Under the pieces are notes generated by a model. The model saw nothing but the letters and a program-made list of their open reading frames with translations. It was not told where the DNA came from and did no database searches. Both the position numbers and the translations under genes were made by a program. From contig OZ024743.1 in NCBI GenBank assembly GCA_964016885.1, positions 85,126,001-85,190,000 of the forward strand: a DNA stretch of 64,000 bases, written 5' to 3'. Source of the stretch: Eledone cirrhosa. Lineage: Eukaryota. Shown here piece by piece: positions 25,458-39,161 of this stretch (positions are counted from its first letter, which is position 1; every line of letters begins with the position of its first letter).

Positions 25458-25741
25458 TATATGAGAGATTGGATATGTGACATACCGCTAAGGTTTTGAT
25501 TATTCAATTCCTGTAGTGGTAGTAATTTATTTCACCAACCCTCAACATTTTTATACCACAAATAATATGACAAACTTATAGAAGAAGAGGATGTAAAGCA
25601 AGGTAGAAATATAGAATTTGAGTTGAAAGGGAAGATGAGAAGAAAAAAGAGGGAAATAAATAAAAGAAGAAAAGGGAAGATACGGAGATAAAAGAAGGGG
25701 AATGAAGAATTATATATAAAATATATATATATATATATAAT

Positions 25742-25927
25742 TATTTCTACTTTTTGGCACAAGGCCAGCAATTATCCCAGTGTATTACTGGTACTTTATT
25801 TTATCAACCCCGAAAGGATGAAAGGCAAAGTTAACCTCGGCGGGATTTGAACTCAGACCATAAAGGGCCGTAACTCTTTGCTGCAGAGCATGGCATCTGA
25901 CCCTCTACCGATACTGCCAATCCACCG
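25742..25927 (-). mobile_element. Nin/Deu-domain SINE
   Basis: Near-identical to 18056-18242. Confidence 0.85.
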
Positions 25928-25935
25928 AATGATTT

Positions 25936-26622
25936 TTTTAACGACCATCTTCCATGCTAGCATGGGTTAGACGGTTTTGTTCCATTTGATGTGGGAATGG
26001 TCAGGAGACCATATCTCACTCGCACAGAAGCGTCTCTGGCAGGTTTTTTTACAGCTGGATGCCCTTCCTAACACCAACCACATTTACAGTGTAGACTGGG
26101 AGCCTTTTCACCGTGTCTCCTACACGGCCACCTTACAGTGTGGACTGCTGTGTCATCGACACAGTGGAGGGAATGGGAGAGGGAGGGTGGTTTAGGGTGT
26201 GGCGGTGGTGTGTACATTGAGTTAAGAGGTACCTACTGACTGTAGGTTTGTATACAATAGTAGTCGGGTCTTCTGTACAACTGCATGGTGCCAAAGGTTT
26301 CGATCCAGTGTCATTGTCTTAGAGAGGTGTAGGTGAGCAAGGTTAGTTTTTATCACCTCGTCCCAGGTTTTTCGGTTGTCTACCCATTCCGCAGCTTCCA
26401 CCAATTTTCATTGTCCTGCACTTTTTTATACAGCTGTCATCCTTCATACACATCACATGTCTATACCAACGCAATCTCCTCTCCAGAACACAACATTTGA
26501 TACCTCTTATGCTTAGTTTCCCTCTTAGTTTGTTTATGCTTCGCCTTTCGCGCACGTTACTATTACACATCCATCGAAGCATGCAAGCTTCATTTCTTTC
26601 TAATCTACGCAGGTCTTCAGCA
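25936..26622 (-). mobile_element. RTE LINE 3' fragment
   Basis: [32 protein letters not shown] plus shared RTE 3' UTR. Confidence 0.9.
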
Positions 26623-26815
26623 CACACACACACACACACACACAATATATATATAAATGTAATCTGAGTTTTTCGAATATTAATAATAACATTCGATTTG
26701 TTTGCAATTATGCAAACAAGCCTCAATTTTATAGCCATGTCAGTAGAATGAACCCTTCATTCTTGACTTGTGTTGGCATGTCGCACCACTGATTCTCCGT
26801 TTCTTATGTGATATA

Positions 26816-27529
26816 TATAACGGCGGCGAAGATTCGAAACCGAATCTGAGCTTTCCCGCCTCTGGGAGAAACCGTGGTAATTTGTTTACGCTCAGGAGAC
26901 TAACCCCTTGAGAGAGGCTAAACACAGGTCAGAGGTGTTTACGCCTGACAGAAAATAGGTCAGAGGATATATCCATCTTTCTGACTTGTTTACGCTTGGC
27001 AAACTAATCCCTTGGGAGACTAACCAAAGTTCAGAGGGTATATCTATCCTTCTAACTTTAACTCTTATAAATAGAGGGATTGTTTACGCCCAAAACAGAA
27101 AAACAGTGGATACAGACAAGACGAGTCTCATTTACAGGCTCTCGTCACGAAAACCAGTCTACCACTTGTTCTCACCTTCCTGGCTGATCGCTGACTCCTG
27201 CAATACAAATAAGTAAATATACTGATACGCCGCACACACGCATTCATAGTGAGTCCAACATTTGTACACGCACCATTCATTTCTGTTTACACATATTATA
27301 ATCGTATTCTGTGATATTTGAATTTACGTGGCTCGAAGAGCCACCAAATTATTGTATGAATATTTTGTGTTAATTATTTTATCATTCAATATTCAAATTG
27401 AATATTGTTGTAATAAAATAAACTTTGTAACAACACTCCTGGTATTTTTATTTACACTGAAACCACCATACCAACAGTTACATCCATCCATCCACTTGTC
27501 GTTACAACCACACATAATATTCCGTTACA
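26816..27529 (+). repeat. 5' LTR of a Gypsy element
   Basis: Termini TATAACGG..CCGTTACA (degenerate TG..CA inverted ends); AATAAA near 27412; followed by a PBS. Confidence 0.75.
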
Positions 27530-27531
27530 AC

Positions 27532-27542
27532 TGGTGACCCCG
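27532..27542 (+). promoter_or_regulatory. Primer binding site complementary to the tRNA-Trp 3' end
   Basis: TGGTGACCCCG two bases after the LTR end. Confidence 0.8.
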
Positions 27543-27582
27543 TAAAACAAACACACAACCTTCTGATCATCCACAACAAACG

Positions 27583-28458
27583 ATGTCTCTAGCACACGAC
27601 GATTCATCAACGGCAGAAATGGCAGTCAGGTCGACATTAAGGATTCCACCATTCTGGCTGCATGATCCAACACTGTGGTTCGCGCACATCGAAGCGCAGT
27701 TCGCATCAAACCGGATCGTTAGCGAGGCATCTCGTCTCACACATCTCATCGGTTCGATGTCTCCGGAGATTATGAATGAGGTCCGAGACCTCATTTTAGC
27801 ACCACCCGGCTCTGTGTCATATGACACGTTTAAAAGAACATTAGTTAAGCGGACGTCGGAGTCGCGGCAGAAGCGCTTGCACCAGCTACTCATATCGGAG
27901 GAATTAGGAGATAAAAAGCCGACGCAACTCCTACGGAAAATGAAGCAGCTTCTGGGTGAACATAAACTCCCGGATGAAATTTTCGAGCAACTCTTCCTCC
28001 AGCATTTACCTTCTGCCACACAAGTGGTACTAGCATCCACCAGGGAGTCCACCACCATAGAAGAACTTGCCGAGCTGGCAGATAAGATCATGGAGGTACC
28101 ACATCCGCACTCAACTTTGGCGAATGTGACGCCAGCCGTGCCTTCCACCAATCCTTTCCTTCAGCCCTCCAGTGCCACAGAGATGCCCGATCTACACCAG
28201 TTATTGGCACAGCAAGCAACACAGATACAGGCCTTGACACAACAAATTCAGGCCTTGTCACTGGGCAACCCTGCCACACGTCGGTCCAACAGCCGAACTC
28301 GCCGATTTGGTGGTCGCTCAAGAAGTCCCAGTGCATCTCGAGATTCACCAGAAATGTGTTGGTACCACCAAAGATTCGGGAGACGAGCGCAAAAGTGCAG
28401 CCATCCCTGTTAATTTGTTTCGAAAACAAATCAGGGAAACGACACAGCCAGAAACTGA
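27583..28458 (+). pseudogene. gag: Gypsy (CsRn1-like) Gag; TAA at 28411 probably premature
   Basis: IPPFW..DP.LWF..IEAQF, LGDKKPTQLL, CHCC motif [13 protein letters not shown]. Confidence 0.88.
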
Positions 28459-31217
28459 ATGCAACAGACGTTTCTGGCCCTCATAACCAAAGTCGCCTAT
28501 TTTTCATTCAGGATCGCGTCACAGACACGCGTTTCCTGGTCCACACCGGTGCTGAAGTGAGCATCATCCCGGTTTCCTGCGTTCCTGGAAAAAGGAGAGA
28601 GACACCAGCCTGGCTCCAGGCGGTGAATCACTCACATATTCCGACCTATGGAGAACAGTCCCTGACACTAAATTTGGGACCACGCCGCACTTTCCAGTGG
28701 GTATTCGTTGTTGCTAAGCTGCCGACCCCTATTTTAGGAGCTGATTTTCTTCAGCACTTCTCGCTTCTAGTTGATCTGAAAAACCAACGACTCGTTGACA
28801 ATTCCACTGGTTTCGCTGTGCGCGGCATAGCCGCTAGGACTGCCACAGTCAGTCCAGTCATTTCAAGATCGACAACAACAACCCGGCACAACCACATCAT
28901 CAACAAATACCCAGACGTAGCTCGACCACTCTTCAACGCTTGCCCTGTAAAACATGATGTCACACACCACATAAAAACTCACGGCCCACCTGTCGCTGCA
29001 CGGCCTAGAAGGCTACCACCAGACCGGCTGAAGTCCGTCAAACAAGAATTTCAGCACATGCTGGATCTCAGCATCATACGTCCGTCCAGCAGCAACTGGT
29101 CCTCACCCATACACTGTGTACCCAAGAAGTCGTCGAACGACTGGCGAATCTGTGGCGACTACCGTGCACTAAACAACTGCACCGTTCCTGACTCTTATCC
29201 AGTGCCTCATCTACAGGACTTCTCTAGCTCGCTGCACGGGGCTCGCATATTTTCGAAGATCGATCTTGTGCGAGCTTACAATCAGATACTCGTTGAGCCC
29301 GCAGATATTCCAAAGACCGCAGTCACAACACCCTTTGGAATGTTCGAATTTCTGCGTATGCCTTTCGGTTTGCGAAATGCAGCGCAGACATTCCAGCGAT
29401 TCATCGATACAGTCACCAGGGGTCTACCTTTTGTATACGCATACATTGACGACTTACTGGTGGCCAGCAGCTTTGATGAAGAACATGAGAAACACCTGGA
29501 TCTCCTATTCACATGTTTGCGTGAATACGGAATCGTTATCAACCCCAGCAAATATGAGTTCGGAGTTGCGTCCCTTCATTTTCTGGGACACATCATTGAC
29601 AAAGATGGTATTCGCCCACTTAAGGAGAAAGTCAAATCCATCATTGATTTTTCACAACCAACATCTCTCCGCAAACTGTGAGAATTTCTTGGCCTGATAA
29701 ACTTCTACAGAAGATTTATACCCCACTGTGCAGACAGCCCAACCACTCACAGATTTGCTGCGGCAGCGTACAACCAAAAACGCAAACATCAAGCTCAGCG
29801 AAAAAGAATGTACCGCTTTCGCTGAGTTGAAGAAAATGTTGTCCGAGGCTACAATGCTGAGTTACCCCAAACCTGACGCCCCAATGTGTTTATTGACTGA
29901 TGCATCCGATTTCTGAGTTAAAGGTGTGCTTCAACAACTCTCTAGCGATATTTGGCGACCTGTATCTTTTTTCTCTAAGCGATTAAAATCCGCCGAAACT
30001 AAGTACAGCACATTCAGTCGTGAATTATTGGCAGCATACCTTGCTGTCAAGCATTTTCGACACATGCTAGAAGGTCATGTGTTCTCTATATACACCGACC
30101 ACAAACCACTAGTGTACGCGTTCAATGCCAAGCCTGACCGACACTCACCCAGGGAGGTCCGACATCTGGACTTCATTTCTCAGTACACTATTGATATTCG
30201 GTACATTAAGGGTGCCACCAACTCAGCAGCTGATGCCCTATCGCGCATGGAGCTTAACGCAATCCACACCACTGCCACTATCGACCTCCAGAGAATTGCA
30301 GCGGATCAACAGAATGACAAGGAACTGCTGCAACTCCGGAAATCATCCTTGAAATTGAAGGAATGCCCGCTGCCCTCTTCTTCGGGTTATATTTGGTGCG
30401 ACATCTCCACAGGCCACGAGCGCCCATACGTGCCCCGGAAACATCGACGCGACGTTTTCTCGGCACTGCATTCTCTGGCACATCCTGGCGTCCGCGCCAC
30501 GCAGAAACTGATGGTTACCCGATTTGTGTGGCCCAACATCAACAAGGACACTCGCGAATGGGCTAGGAACTGCATCGCGTGCCAGAAGGCGAAAATTCAC
30601 CGGCACATCAAAGCCCCGATCGGTTCTTTCCCAAATCCTGATGCACGGTTCCAACATGTGCATATAGACATAGTTGGACCTTTGCCTCCTTCTCACAACC
30701 ACACTCATCTTCTCACCTGTGTCGACCGATTTTCTCGCTGGCCAGAAGCTTTTCCCCTGACGGATATTACTGCGGAAACTGTCGCCAAAACGCTAGTGTT
30801 TCACTGGGTTTCGCGTTTCGGCACACCCACGACCATCACTACGGATAGAGGACATCAGTTCGATTCGCACCTATTTACCGAGCTGATTCGTCTCCTCGGG
30901 TGCAAACACATCCGTACAACAGCGTATCGCCCTGCCGCTAACGGCATGGTAGAACGCTTACACCGCCAGCTAAAATCATCTATCGAGGCTTACGAAGACT
31001 CCACTAACTGGTTCGAACACCTCCCACTCATTCTTCTTGGTATTCGTTCCACGGTTAAGGAGGGAGTCGGACATTCTCCGGCTGAAATGGTGTATGGCAC
31101 CGTACTCACTCTACCCGGACAAATGATTGCTCCTGTTTCGCCACAAGAACTTCCAGACCCTACAAAATATGTGCACCGTTTACGGTTATCGATGTCGCAT
31201 CTGTCTCCTTCAGCCCA
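28434..31217 (+). pseudogene. pol: Gypsy Pol (PR, RT, RNase H, integrase), inactivated and 3'-truncated
   Basis: FLVHTGA (catalytic D lost), [55 protein letters not shown]; stops at 29679 and 29914 and a frameshift near 29728; no 3' LTR. Confidence 0.93.
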
Positions 31218-31339
31218 GTATATATCTATTATATAGCTGTGTGTATATAGTTGTATATATGTATGTATATAACTTGATCTATGTATATATTTAGCAATAA
31301 ATATATAAATAGAAATATGCATATATAATATATCAGATA

Positions 31340-31527
31340 GGGTGTGGTAAAATACCAGGTGGACCATAACCCACCAAAGTACTTGGGGTAGTAGAGTGGG
31401 TAATATGAAAAGAACCAAGACCCCAACAGCTGAGCTCCGGCCATTTCAAAAGCTAGATCTGAACAATTTGGATATAGCTGTCGAAATAGCCGGATCTCAG
31501 CCGTCGGGGTCCTGATTCTTTTCATAT
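31340..31527. repeat. Dispersed repeat ending in an imperfect palindrome (31403-31527); related copy at 24143-24264
   Basis: Shared CCAGGTGGACCATAAC.CACCAAAGTACT..GATCTCAGCCGTCGGGGTCCT. Confidence 0.7.
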
Positions 31528-31572
31528 ATATATATATTTATCATATATATATTATATATATTATATAGAGAG

Positions 31573-32121
31573 GGCGGTGGATTGGCAGTATCGGTAGAGA
31601 GTCGGACACCATGCTTTGAAGCATAGAGTTACGTCCATTTATGATCTGAGTTCAAATCCCGCCGAGGTTAACTTTGCCTTTCATCCTTACGGGGGTCGAT
31701 AAAATAAAGTACCAGTAATGTACTGGGTAATTGCTGGCCTTGTGCCTAAAATAGAAGCAATTATATATATATAAATTATTGAAATTATTAGAAATGTAAG
31801 CTATCGCCGTATTTTGACTAAAGAAATTAAAGAAAATTATTTAGCCTGATAGTGGGGATAAGAACCCTCGGAGAAATGGAAAAAGATGAGTATTGACGTA
31901 CATATATATATATCTCACATTAATTTTTCTATTTTCTAAGGGCGGTGGATTGGCAGTATCGGTAGAGGGTCGGACGCCATGCTTTCCAGCATAGTTACGT
32001 CCCTTTACGATCTGAGTTCAAATCCCGCCGAGGTTGACTTTCATCCTTACGGGGTCGATAAAATAAAGTACCAGTAATGCACTGGGTAATTGCTGGCCTT
32101 GTGCCAAAAGTAGAAACAATT
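31573..32121 (+). mobile_element. Two Nin/Deu-domain SINEs (31573-31762 and 31941-32121)
   Basis: Same head and core as other copies; second flanked by TSD ATTAATTTTTCTATTTTC. Confidence 0.85.
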
Positions 32122-32834
32122 AATTTTTCTATTTTCATTTATATATATATGTAGGTGTACATGTGTATGTATATGACTGAGTGTATTTATGCATATATAA
32201 CAATAATATGTATATGGCTAAATGTATGTATATAGTGTAGGTACCATGATCAAATATACCCAGTATATCCTGTAAAGGGGTGGCGCTGGTGGCATGATTA
32301 AATGTACCCAGTACAGTTAGTAAAGTGATAGTGCTGGTCCCACAATAATTTATACCCAGTACACACTGTTGTAAGGGCATCCAGTTGTAGAAACTATGCC
32401 AGAACATTTGAGCAAGATAAGGTATTCTGACCTGTCTAGTTTCAAACTATGACCACCCAAACCACCCATACCAGCATGGAAGGTAGCCGTAAAATAAGGA
32501 TGTAGATAATGATATCAATATGTATGTATACAACTATGTATATATCGGAGTGTTAGTGGCAGGTGAGGAGTAGGGTTGACTGGATGGAGTCAAGGATACC
32601 TCAATATTTAAAGAGGCCCCAAATTAATTTTTTTACTACCATAAATAATACACAAGGGATCAAAGGAAATTTTAAGTCAGGGGTTCCATTCAAGCTTAAT
32701 CTGCCCCTGTTGTGCTGCATGTATATAGCAAACACACACACACACATAAATATATACACACACACACACACATAAATATATATACACACACACACACACA
32801 CAAATATATATACACACACACATACACATATATA

Positions 32835-34016
32835 TCTCTATATATAAAATTCTTTGTCTCTCTGTCTGTCTGTTCCTATGCATTCTCAAGCTGCTCGACC
32901 AAATCAAATCACATTTTACAAGGTATTAGACCCCTGGGGAGTGTCAACATGTAATTTTTATATTCATTTGGATTAAAACAATATAACATTTTATCTAAAA
33001 TAATATTTCTAGTCAACTATCGTAAACCACCACCACCACCACGTCACATTTTGTATATGAGTGTGAATGTGTCTGTGAGAGTGTGTATGTGTCTGTGAGA
33101 GTGTGTATGTGTCTGTGAGGGTGTGTATGTTTGTGAGTTTGTTACATATGTTAGGCCTCAGAGAATTAAACACACACACACATCTACTCATACATATAGA
33201 CATGCGCTGACAAATAATAGGTGTGCGTGAATGCATGTCTGTGTGTGTCTATTTTAGTATATGTATGTGGGTGTATGTGTGAGTGTATGTGTGTGTGAGT
33301 GTATGTGTGATAATGTTTATTTTAACGTTAGGCTTCAGAGAATTAATCACTCACACACATCTACACATACATATAGCCTTAGTAATTTGCATACACATTA
33401 TCTTCACACACAGACAATTAAGCACATACACACATCTACACATACAGATATATATGTGTTGACTGACAAGTAATAGGTGTGCGTGAATGTATGTCTGTGT
33501 GTGTCTGTCTTAGTATATGTATGTGGGTGTATGTGAGAGAGAGTGTGTGTGTATGAGTGTATGTATGTGTGAGTGTATGTGTCTGTGAGTGTGTGTGTTT
33601 GTACATTCGTTAGGTACGTTGTTAAATACACACACACATCTACACATATATATATACATATGTGACGACAGACAAAAAAATGAGGTGAAAAGCTATGCGT
33701 GTGTCTGTGTGAATGTATGTCTGTTTGTCTGTCTTAGTATATGTATGTGAGAGTATATGTGTGTGAGTGTGTAGCAATAATTTATTCATTTGGACACCAA
33801 TAAAAAATTACACAATGAATATTGTTTACCCTAAGGTGCTTCAAGATTGACAGATTTTCATTTCTAAATTCTATTATCATTACAATTTTGATATTTGAAA
33901 AATAAAATATAGATATTTTGAAATAATTATGAGAAAAAAAAACATCTTCATATTTATTGTTTACTAATCTGAATAAGAACAGCAGTAACCCGGGCAACGG
34001 CGGGTAATTCAGCTAG
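32835..34016 (+). mobile_element. Non-autonomous Helitron with microsatellite-rich interior
   Basis: A|TCTCTATATATAAAA start; 3' hairpin ACCCGGGCAACGGCGGGT then CTAG|T. Confidence 0.85.
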
Positions 34017-34046
34017 TAGAGTACATACAATGTTTAATATAGAAAT

Positions 34047-34110
34047 GGCTTCTACAGGACTAGAACTATTTCATTCGAAGGAAATCATCAGGGCTTTCCT
34101 GATGATTTCC
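34047..34110 (-). ncRNA. HHR of the 17904 family joined head-to-head to a truncated forward copy
   Basis: Minus: CTGATGA-TTTC cttc GAAT-GAAATAG ttctagtc CTGTA-GAAGCC; plus: GGCTTTCCTGATGATTTCC. Confidence 0.7.
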
Positions 34111-34210
34111 TATATTAAACATTATATATACTCTACTATGTATTGAGTACCTTACTTACTGTGGTTACCCCTGATTGAACCCAGGATACTCATATATATA
34201 TGTATATATA

Positions 34211-34344
34211 TATAGGCATACGTCAAAACGGCCGGTCTCAAAAGTGAAACTAATTTTTGACAGTTACGTACACGTTATAAGAGTTATTTAAATTTATATA
34301 TATAAAATAAAGGAGCAAATAAGAGCATGATATGAAGTCAGTCA

Positions 34345-34375
<31 letters not shown>

Positions 34376-34674
34376 AAACGAATGTAAAAGAATATATGTA
34401 TGGCATAGATAAGGTTTCCTAGAATTTTACACACACACACATATATACACACACACGTGTATATATTATAGTGTGTATGTGTGCATATATAAGTGTATAT
34501 GTGTGTGTACTTTTACATTCGTTTACACACACACACACACATGACTGACTTCATATCATGCTCTTATTTGCTCCTTTATTTTATATATATAAATTTAAAT
34601 AACTCTTATAACGTGTACGTAACTGTCAAAAATTAGTTTCACTTTTGAGACCGGCCGTTTTGACGTATGCCTAT
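34211..34674. repeat. Inverted repeat (~170-bp arms)
   Basis: 34211-34390 versus 34510-34674. Confidence 0.85.
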
Positions 34675-34683
34675 ATATATATG

Positions 34684-35413
34684 TATATAAAGAGGAAAAT
34701 GCCAAGTTGAAGATCTTAGGGTCTTTTATTAATTGGGCCATTATACATATTTCCATAATGATTTTTTCAGACAGCAAAAATTTATTAAAAGGTAACATTT
34801 CCGAGGCAATTTTGGGTGGAAGGGGGCGGGCTAAAAAAATGTGTATGTTTTTGCTTTGAGTGTCTGCTCCCTTCTAACTTTCAGAACATCCCAGCAGCAC
34901 TGCGCAGTCACAGGGGTGTGGGTGGCTGACCACTCAACTACAACTTAGAATACCACCAACCTTACTTGTTCTCTCTAGCTACCAGTCCCCCACCACCTCG
35001 GCCAACAACTCTATATGGTCAGTGGGAGTTCAAACCAGCCAAAAATGTTTTTATTGCTAGCTTTGGTGACGAGCAGAATTTTAGTGCATTCGTACATGTT
35101 ACCTGTTTATGGCAGGATAATATACAGACCATCAACCCCAAAGTGAGAAAGTTACCTACTGCTATGGTTGATATAACTTATCATAGAAAATATTTAAGAT
35201 TTCACAACCCGAAAATCCCAAAATTTTAAATTTCAGACGTTAAAAGTTAAAAAGTAGATGTGCAGAAAACTAGACAACAGTCAATATGCTAAGAATAATA
35301 TCTAACTGGCAAAGTGTATATTGGTTTTAGGTATTTAGTTAAGAGCTGAATATTAACTTGGTACAAATGAGTAAGGATGAACGGGAAAAAGGGATTATAA
35401 AGCAAATAAAGGT

Positions 35414-35450
<37 letters not shown>

Positions 35451-35947
35451 GCAAAAAGGAATTATAGAGAGAATGAAGGAGAGGAAATACAGGAAAAAAT
35501 TATATTATCCTGCCATAAACGGGTAACACGTACGAATGCACTAAAATTCTGCTCGTCACCAAAGCTAGCAATAAAAACATTTTTGGCTGGTTTGAACTCC
35601 CACTGACCATATAGAGTTGTTGGCCGAGGTGGTGGGGGACTGGTAGCTAGAGAGAACAAGTAAGGTTGGTGGTATTCTAAGTTGTAGTTGAGTGGTCAGC
35701 CACCCACACCCCTGTGACTGCGCAGTGCTGTTGGGATGTTCTGAAAGTTAGAAGGGAGCAGACACTCAAAACAAAAACATACGCATTTTAGTCCGCTCCC
35801 TTTCACTCAAAATTGCCTCGGAAATGTTACCTTTTAATAAATTTTTGTTGTCTGAAGAAATCACGATATCTATCATGGAAATATGTATAATGGCCCAATT
35901 AATAAAGGACCCTACCATCTTCAACTTCGCTTTTTCCTCTTTATATA
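34684..35947. mobile_element. Long inverted repeat (~440-bp arms) with HHR motif; PLE remnant
   Basis: 34684-35124 versus 35501-35947; HHR-like GTTGT-CTGAAGA..GAAA-TATGTA-TA-ATGGC at 35847-35894; TGKVYIG remnant near 35305-35325. Confidence 0.75.
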
Positions 35948-36730
35948 TATATATTCCATCATCCTTGTTTTTAGGAAGTAATATGACGTTGAGTGATAGA
36001 AGTGAATTGCATCCTTGTATACCGAATATATATATATATATATACACGTGTGTGTGTGCATGCGTGTGTAGTAGACACATGTGTACATGCCTGTGAATTT
36101 TGGAGGTAAGCCAGTACAGGTGATGGCTACCAGGGAAATCTGTATTTGACTGTGTGTGTGTGACTGTGTATGTGTGTGTGACTGAGTAATGTAACTGTGT
36201 GTATATGAATATGTGTATGTGTGTATGTAACTGTGTATGTGAGTGTGACTGTGCATGTGTGTATGCGTGTATGTAACTTTGTGTAGGTGTGTGACTGTCC
36301 AGTGTGTATGTAACTGTGTCTATGTGTATGTAACTGTGTGTATATATGTGTATAGAGCCAGTGAAAGTTGATGGCTGACAGTTGAAGGGAAATCTATTCC
36401 GTCCACCGACCTCACATGTCCTGCGAGGAATTCTACTTCCAAATTTAGCTGATGACGTAATGATGATGTCATATCTGTCGATGGTATTGACATTGTTGTT
36501 GATGGTTGTTGGTGGTGGTGATAGTAGTGGTGTTGATTGTTGGTGGTGGTGATGGTGATGGTGATGTTGGTGGTGGTGATAGTGGTGGTGGTGATGGTGA
36601 TGTTGATGTTGGTGCTGGTGATTGTCATGGTGGTGTGGTTGTGGCCAATTCCTTCTTGTTGTTGATGTTGGTGGTAGTTGTGGTGAAGGTTGCGTGGGGA
36701 TGGTGGTAAATTTATGAGGTTTGCTTTAAT

Positions 36731-36766
<36 letters not shown>

Positions 36767-37426
36767 CAGCGTCGGTTGAAGCAAGCAGAATTTTGGCTGC
36801 TTGCTAAATCGTAGACACATAAAAAGATAACACACACACACACATACTAGGTAACACTACATGCAGCTTTGACCAGGAGGGTCATTCAGAGGGAATGGGG
36901 GGGGGGGTGTAAGGCTGCACAGCCCCACTTTCCGCCATGGCGATTGGTCTGCATGCCCTGCTTTCCAGGTTACCCTTTGCCACTGGATCATTCTGCATAA
37001 AGTATAAACATACAAATATATTGTCAGTTTGAATATGGTGGGGAATGAAAAACTCCAATCAACCAAAATTATCCTTGCAATTTCAAGACAAAAACTCCCT
37101 TAACAATGTTTGGTCATCAAAGCAAGTAAAGAAGATAACTCTTATAGTCCTGGTTGAATTAGACTTTTACCACTGTTCTAGGCTGGCAGATAAACAGGGC
37201 CCCTGGCTTCTACAAGAATCCTATTCAGACCACTGCATTACTAAATAATATTGATTTTATTCGAATTTAGTTTTTCGCTCTAACATAGTGGATATGTAAA
37301 TGCATTCCGATGCTAATGATCATCTAAAAAATATAGTGTAATGAGGCTGTTTGCTTGCAAACGAATCCAATATTATTATTATGCGATATAAATCTCATGA
37401 ATACATTGAGTTTATTATTATCACAG

Positions 37427-38441
37427 ATTGGCAGTATCAGTAGAGCATCAGACAACATGCTTTGTGGTATAGAATTACGTCCCTTTACACTCTGATTTCA
37501 AATCCCACTGAGGTTAGCTTTGCCTTTCATCCTTATGCGGTTGAAAAAATAAAGTACCAGTAATACACTGGGTCAATTTAATTGACTTTTTCCTCCCCTA
37601 AAATTGTTCGTCTTGTGCCTAAATTAGAACCCATTATTATTATCATGATTGGTGACTTTATTGGATATTATGGATAATACCATAATCGATTCTTATATTA
37701 TTTCATCTGTGATGGGAAATGGATTGACAGAAGTGTTAGAGAATCGGACAAAATGCTTTGTGGCATTTAGTTACAGTTCTTTACATTTGCGTTAGATTTC
37801 CATATAATTATACATCATAGAATGATCTAGAATAAGCTTATTGATTTGTCTTGCTATTATTTAAATCAGTTTTTAGGGAGATGGGTTACTGGAATCGTTA
37901 AATCTGCAGAAAACATGTTTTATAGAATTTAGTTATGTTATCTTATATTCTCAGTTTAGATCTTGCTGAGGTTAGCTTTGCCTTTCATCCTGACAGAGTC
38001 AATAAAATAAAGTACTAGTAACACACTGGTGTCGATTTAATCAACTTGTCAACACCCCTAAAATGGTTGGCCTTGTGTCTAAATCAGAAACCATTATTAT
38101 TATTATTATTACCCTGTGGTAATTACCCAGGTATTACCCAGGTTCAATAAAATAAAGTACCAGTCATGTACTGAGGTTGATTTAATCAAATTTTTCCTCT
38201 CCATAAATTATTGGACTTGTGCCTAAATTAGAAATCATTATTTCATCAAGGGCGGTGACTTGGCAGAATCGTTAGAGGGTCTGATGCCATGCTTCGCAGC
38301 ATGGAGTTACGGCCCTTTCCATTCTGAGTTCAAATCCCGCCGAGGTTAACTTTGCCTTTCATCCTTACGGGGTCGATAAAATAAAGTACCAGTAATACAC
38401 TGGATTAATTGCTGGCCTTGTGCCAAAAGTAGAAACAATTA
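37427..38441 (+). mobile_element. Cluster of 4-5 Nin/Deu SINEs of different ages, same orientation; youngest at 38251-38441
   Basis: Repeated GCCTTTCATCC..AATAAAGTAC.AGT cores; TSD ATTATTTCATC around the last copy. Confidence 0.8.
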
Positions 38442-38526
38442 TTTCATCTGTGAGGTCCACAATCTGGATATCTTACCTCAACCCACAGTATTTCTTTATC
38501 CAGCAGTCATTAATTATTTAAATCAT

Positions 38527-38873
38527 GGAGGCACATGGCTTAGTGGTTAGAGCATTGGCCTTGCAATCAAAAGGTTGTGAGTTCAATTCTCAGACTGGGT
38601 GATGTGTTGTTTCCTTGAGCAAGAAACTTTATTTCACATTGCTCCAGTTTACTCAGCTGTAGAAATGAGATGTTAGGACTGGGGTCCCTATCATTCCACT
38701 GTAAAGTGGACGTGTAGGTGCCACGGCAAAAAAGCACCCAGCACTCACTGTAAATGAGGTTGGTGTTAGGAAGGGCATCCAGCTGTAGAAATAAAGCCAG
38801 AATCAGTTCCCGTCCCACCCTTGCAAGCAGGGAAAAGCGGACGTAAAATGAAATGAAAAAATGAAATGAAATG
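38527..38873 (+). mobile_element. CORE SINE with RTE-derived 3' tail
   Basis: tRNA head, CCTTGAGCAAG core, tail GCAAGCAGGGAAAAGCGGACGTAAAATGA matching the RTE 3' end at ~40490-40530. Confidence 0.85.
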
Positions 38874-38986
38874 TATTAATTATTTAGTGGAAAGAACTCA
38901 GTACAAGTCTCAAACTTGGCCTATAGTATTGAGCACTCATTCTCACAACTGTCAAAGCTAAGCACACACATACATACATATAAAGG

Positions 38987-39161
38987 TAGGCTGACTATGA
39001 AGGAGTAATGCTATAGCTGGGAAATCTTGCATGCATTAATTTCAACTCTTCTTATTAATAGCTGCATTGTTTGTTTCAGGGACTATGTTGAAAAATAAAC
39101 CTCATTTTGACATTCTATGAGAGTATCTTGGTTAGCCTATGAATTTTTCTGCCAACCCTCA
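38987..39161. mobile_element. Mariner-like MITE, partial
   Basis: Matches 54134-54332; ends GCCAACCCTCA followed by TA. Confidence 0.7.

Noticed and set aside
38527-38600. tRNA genes at SINE heads
   Set aside because: Box A/B present but no complete cloverleaf, and each continues into SINE core sequence
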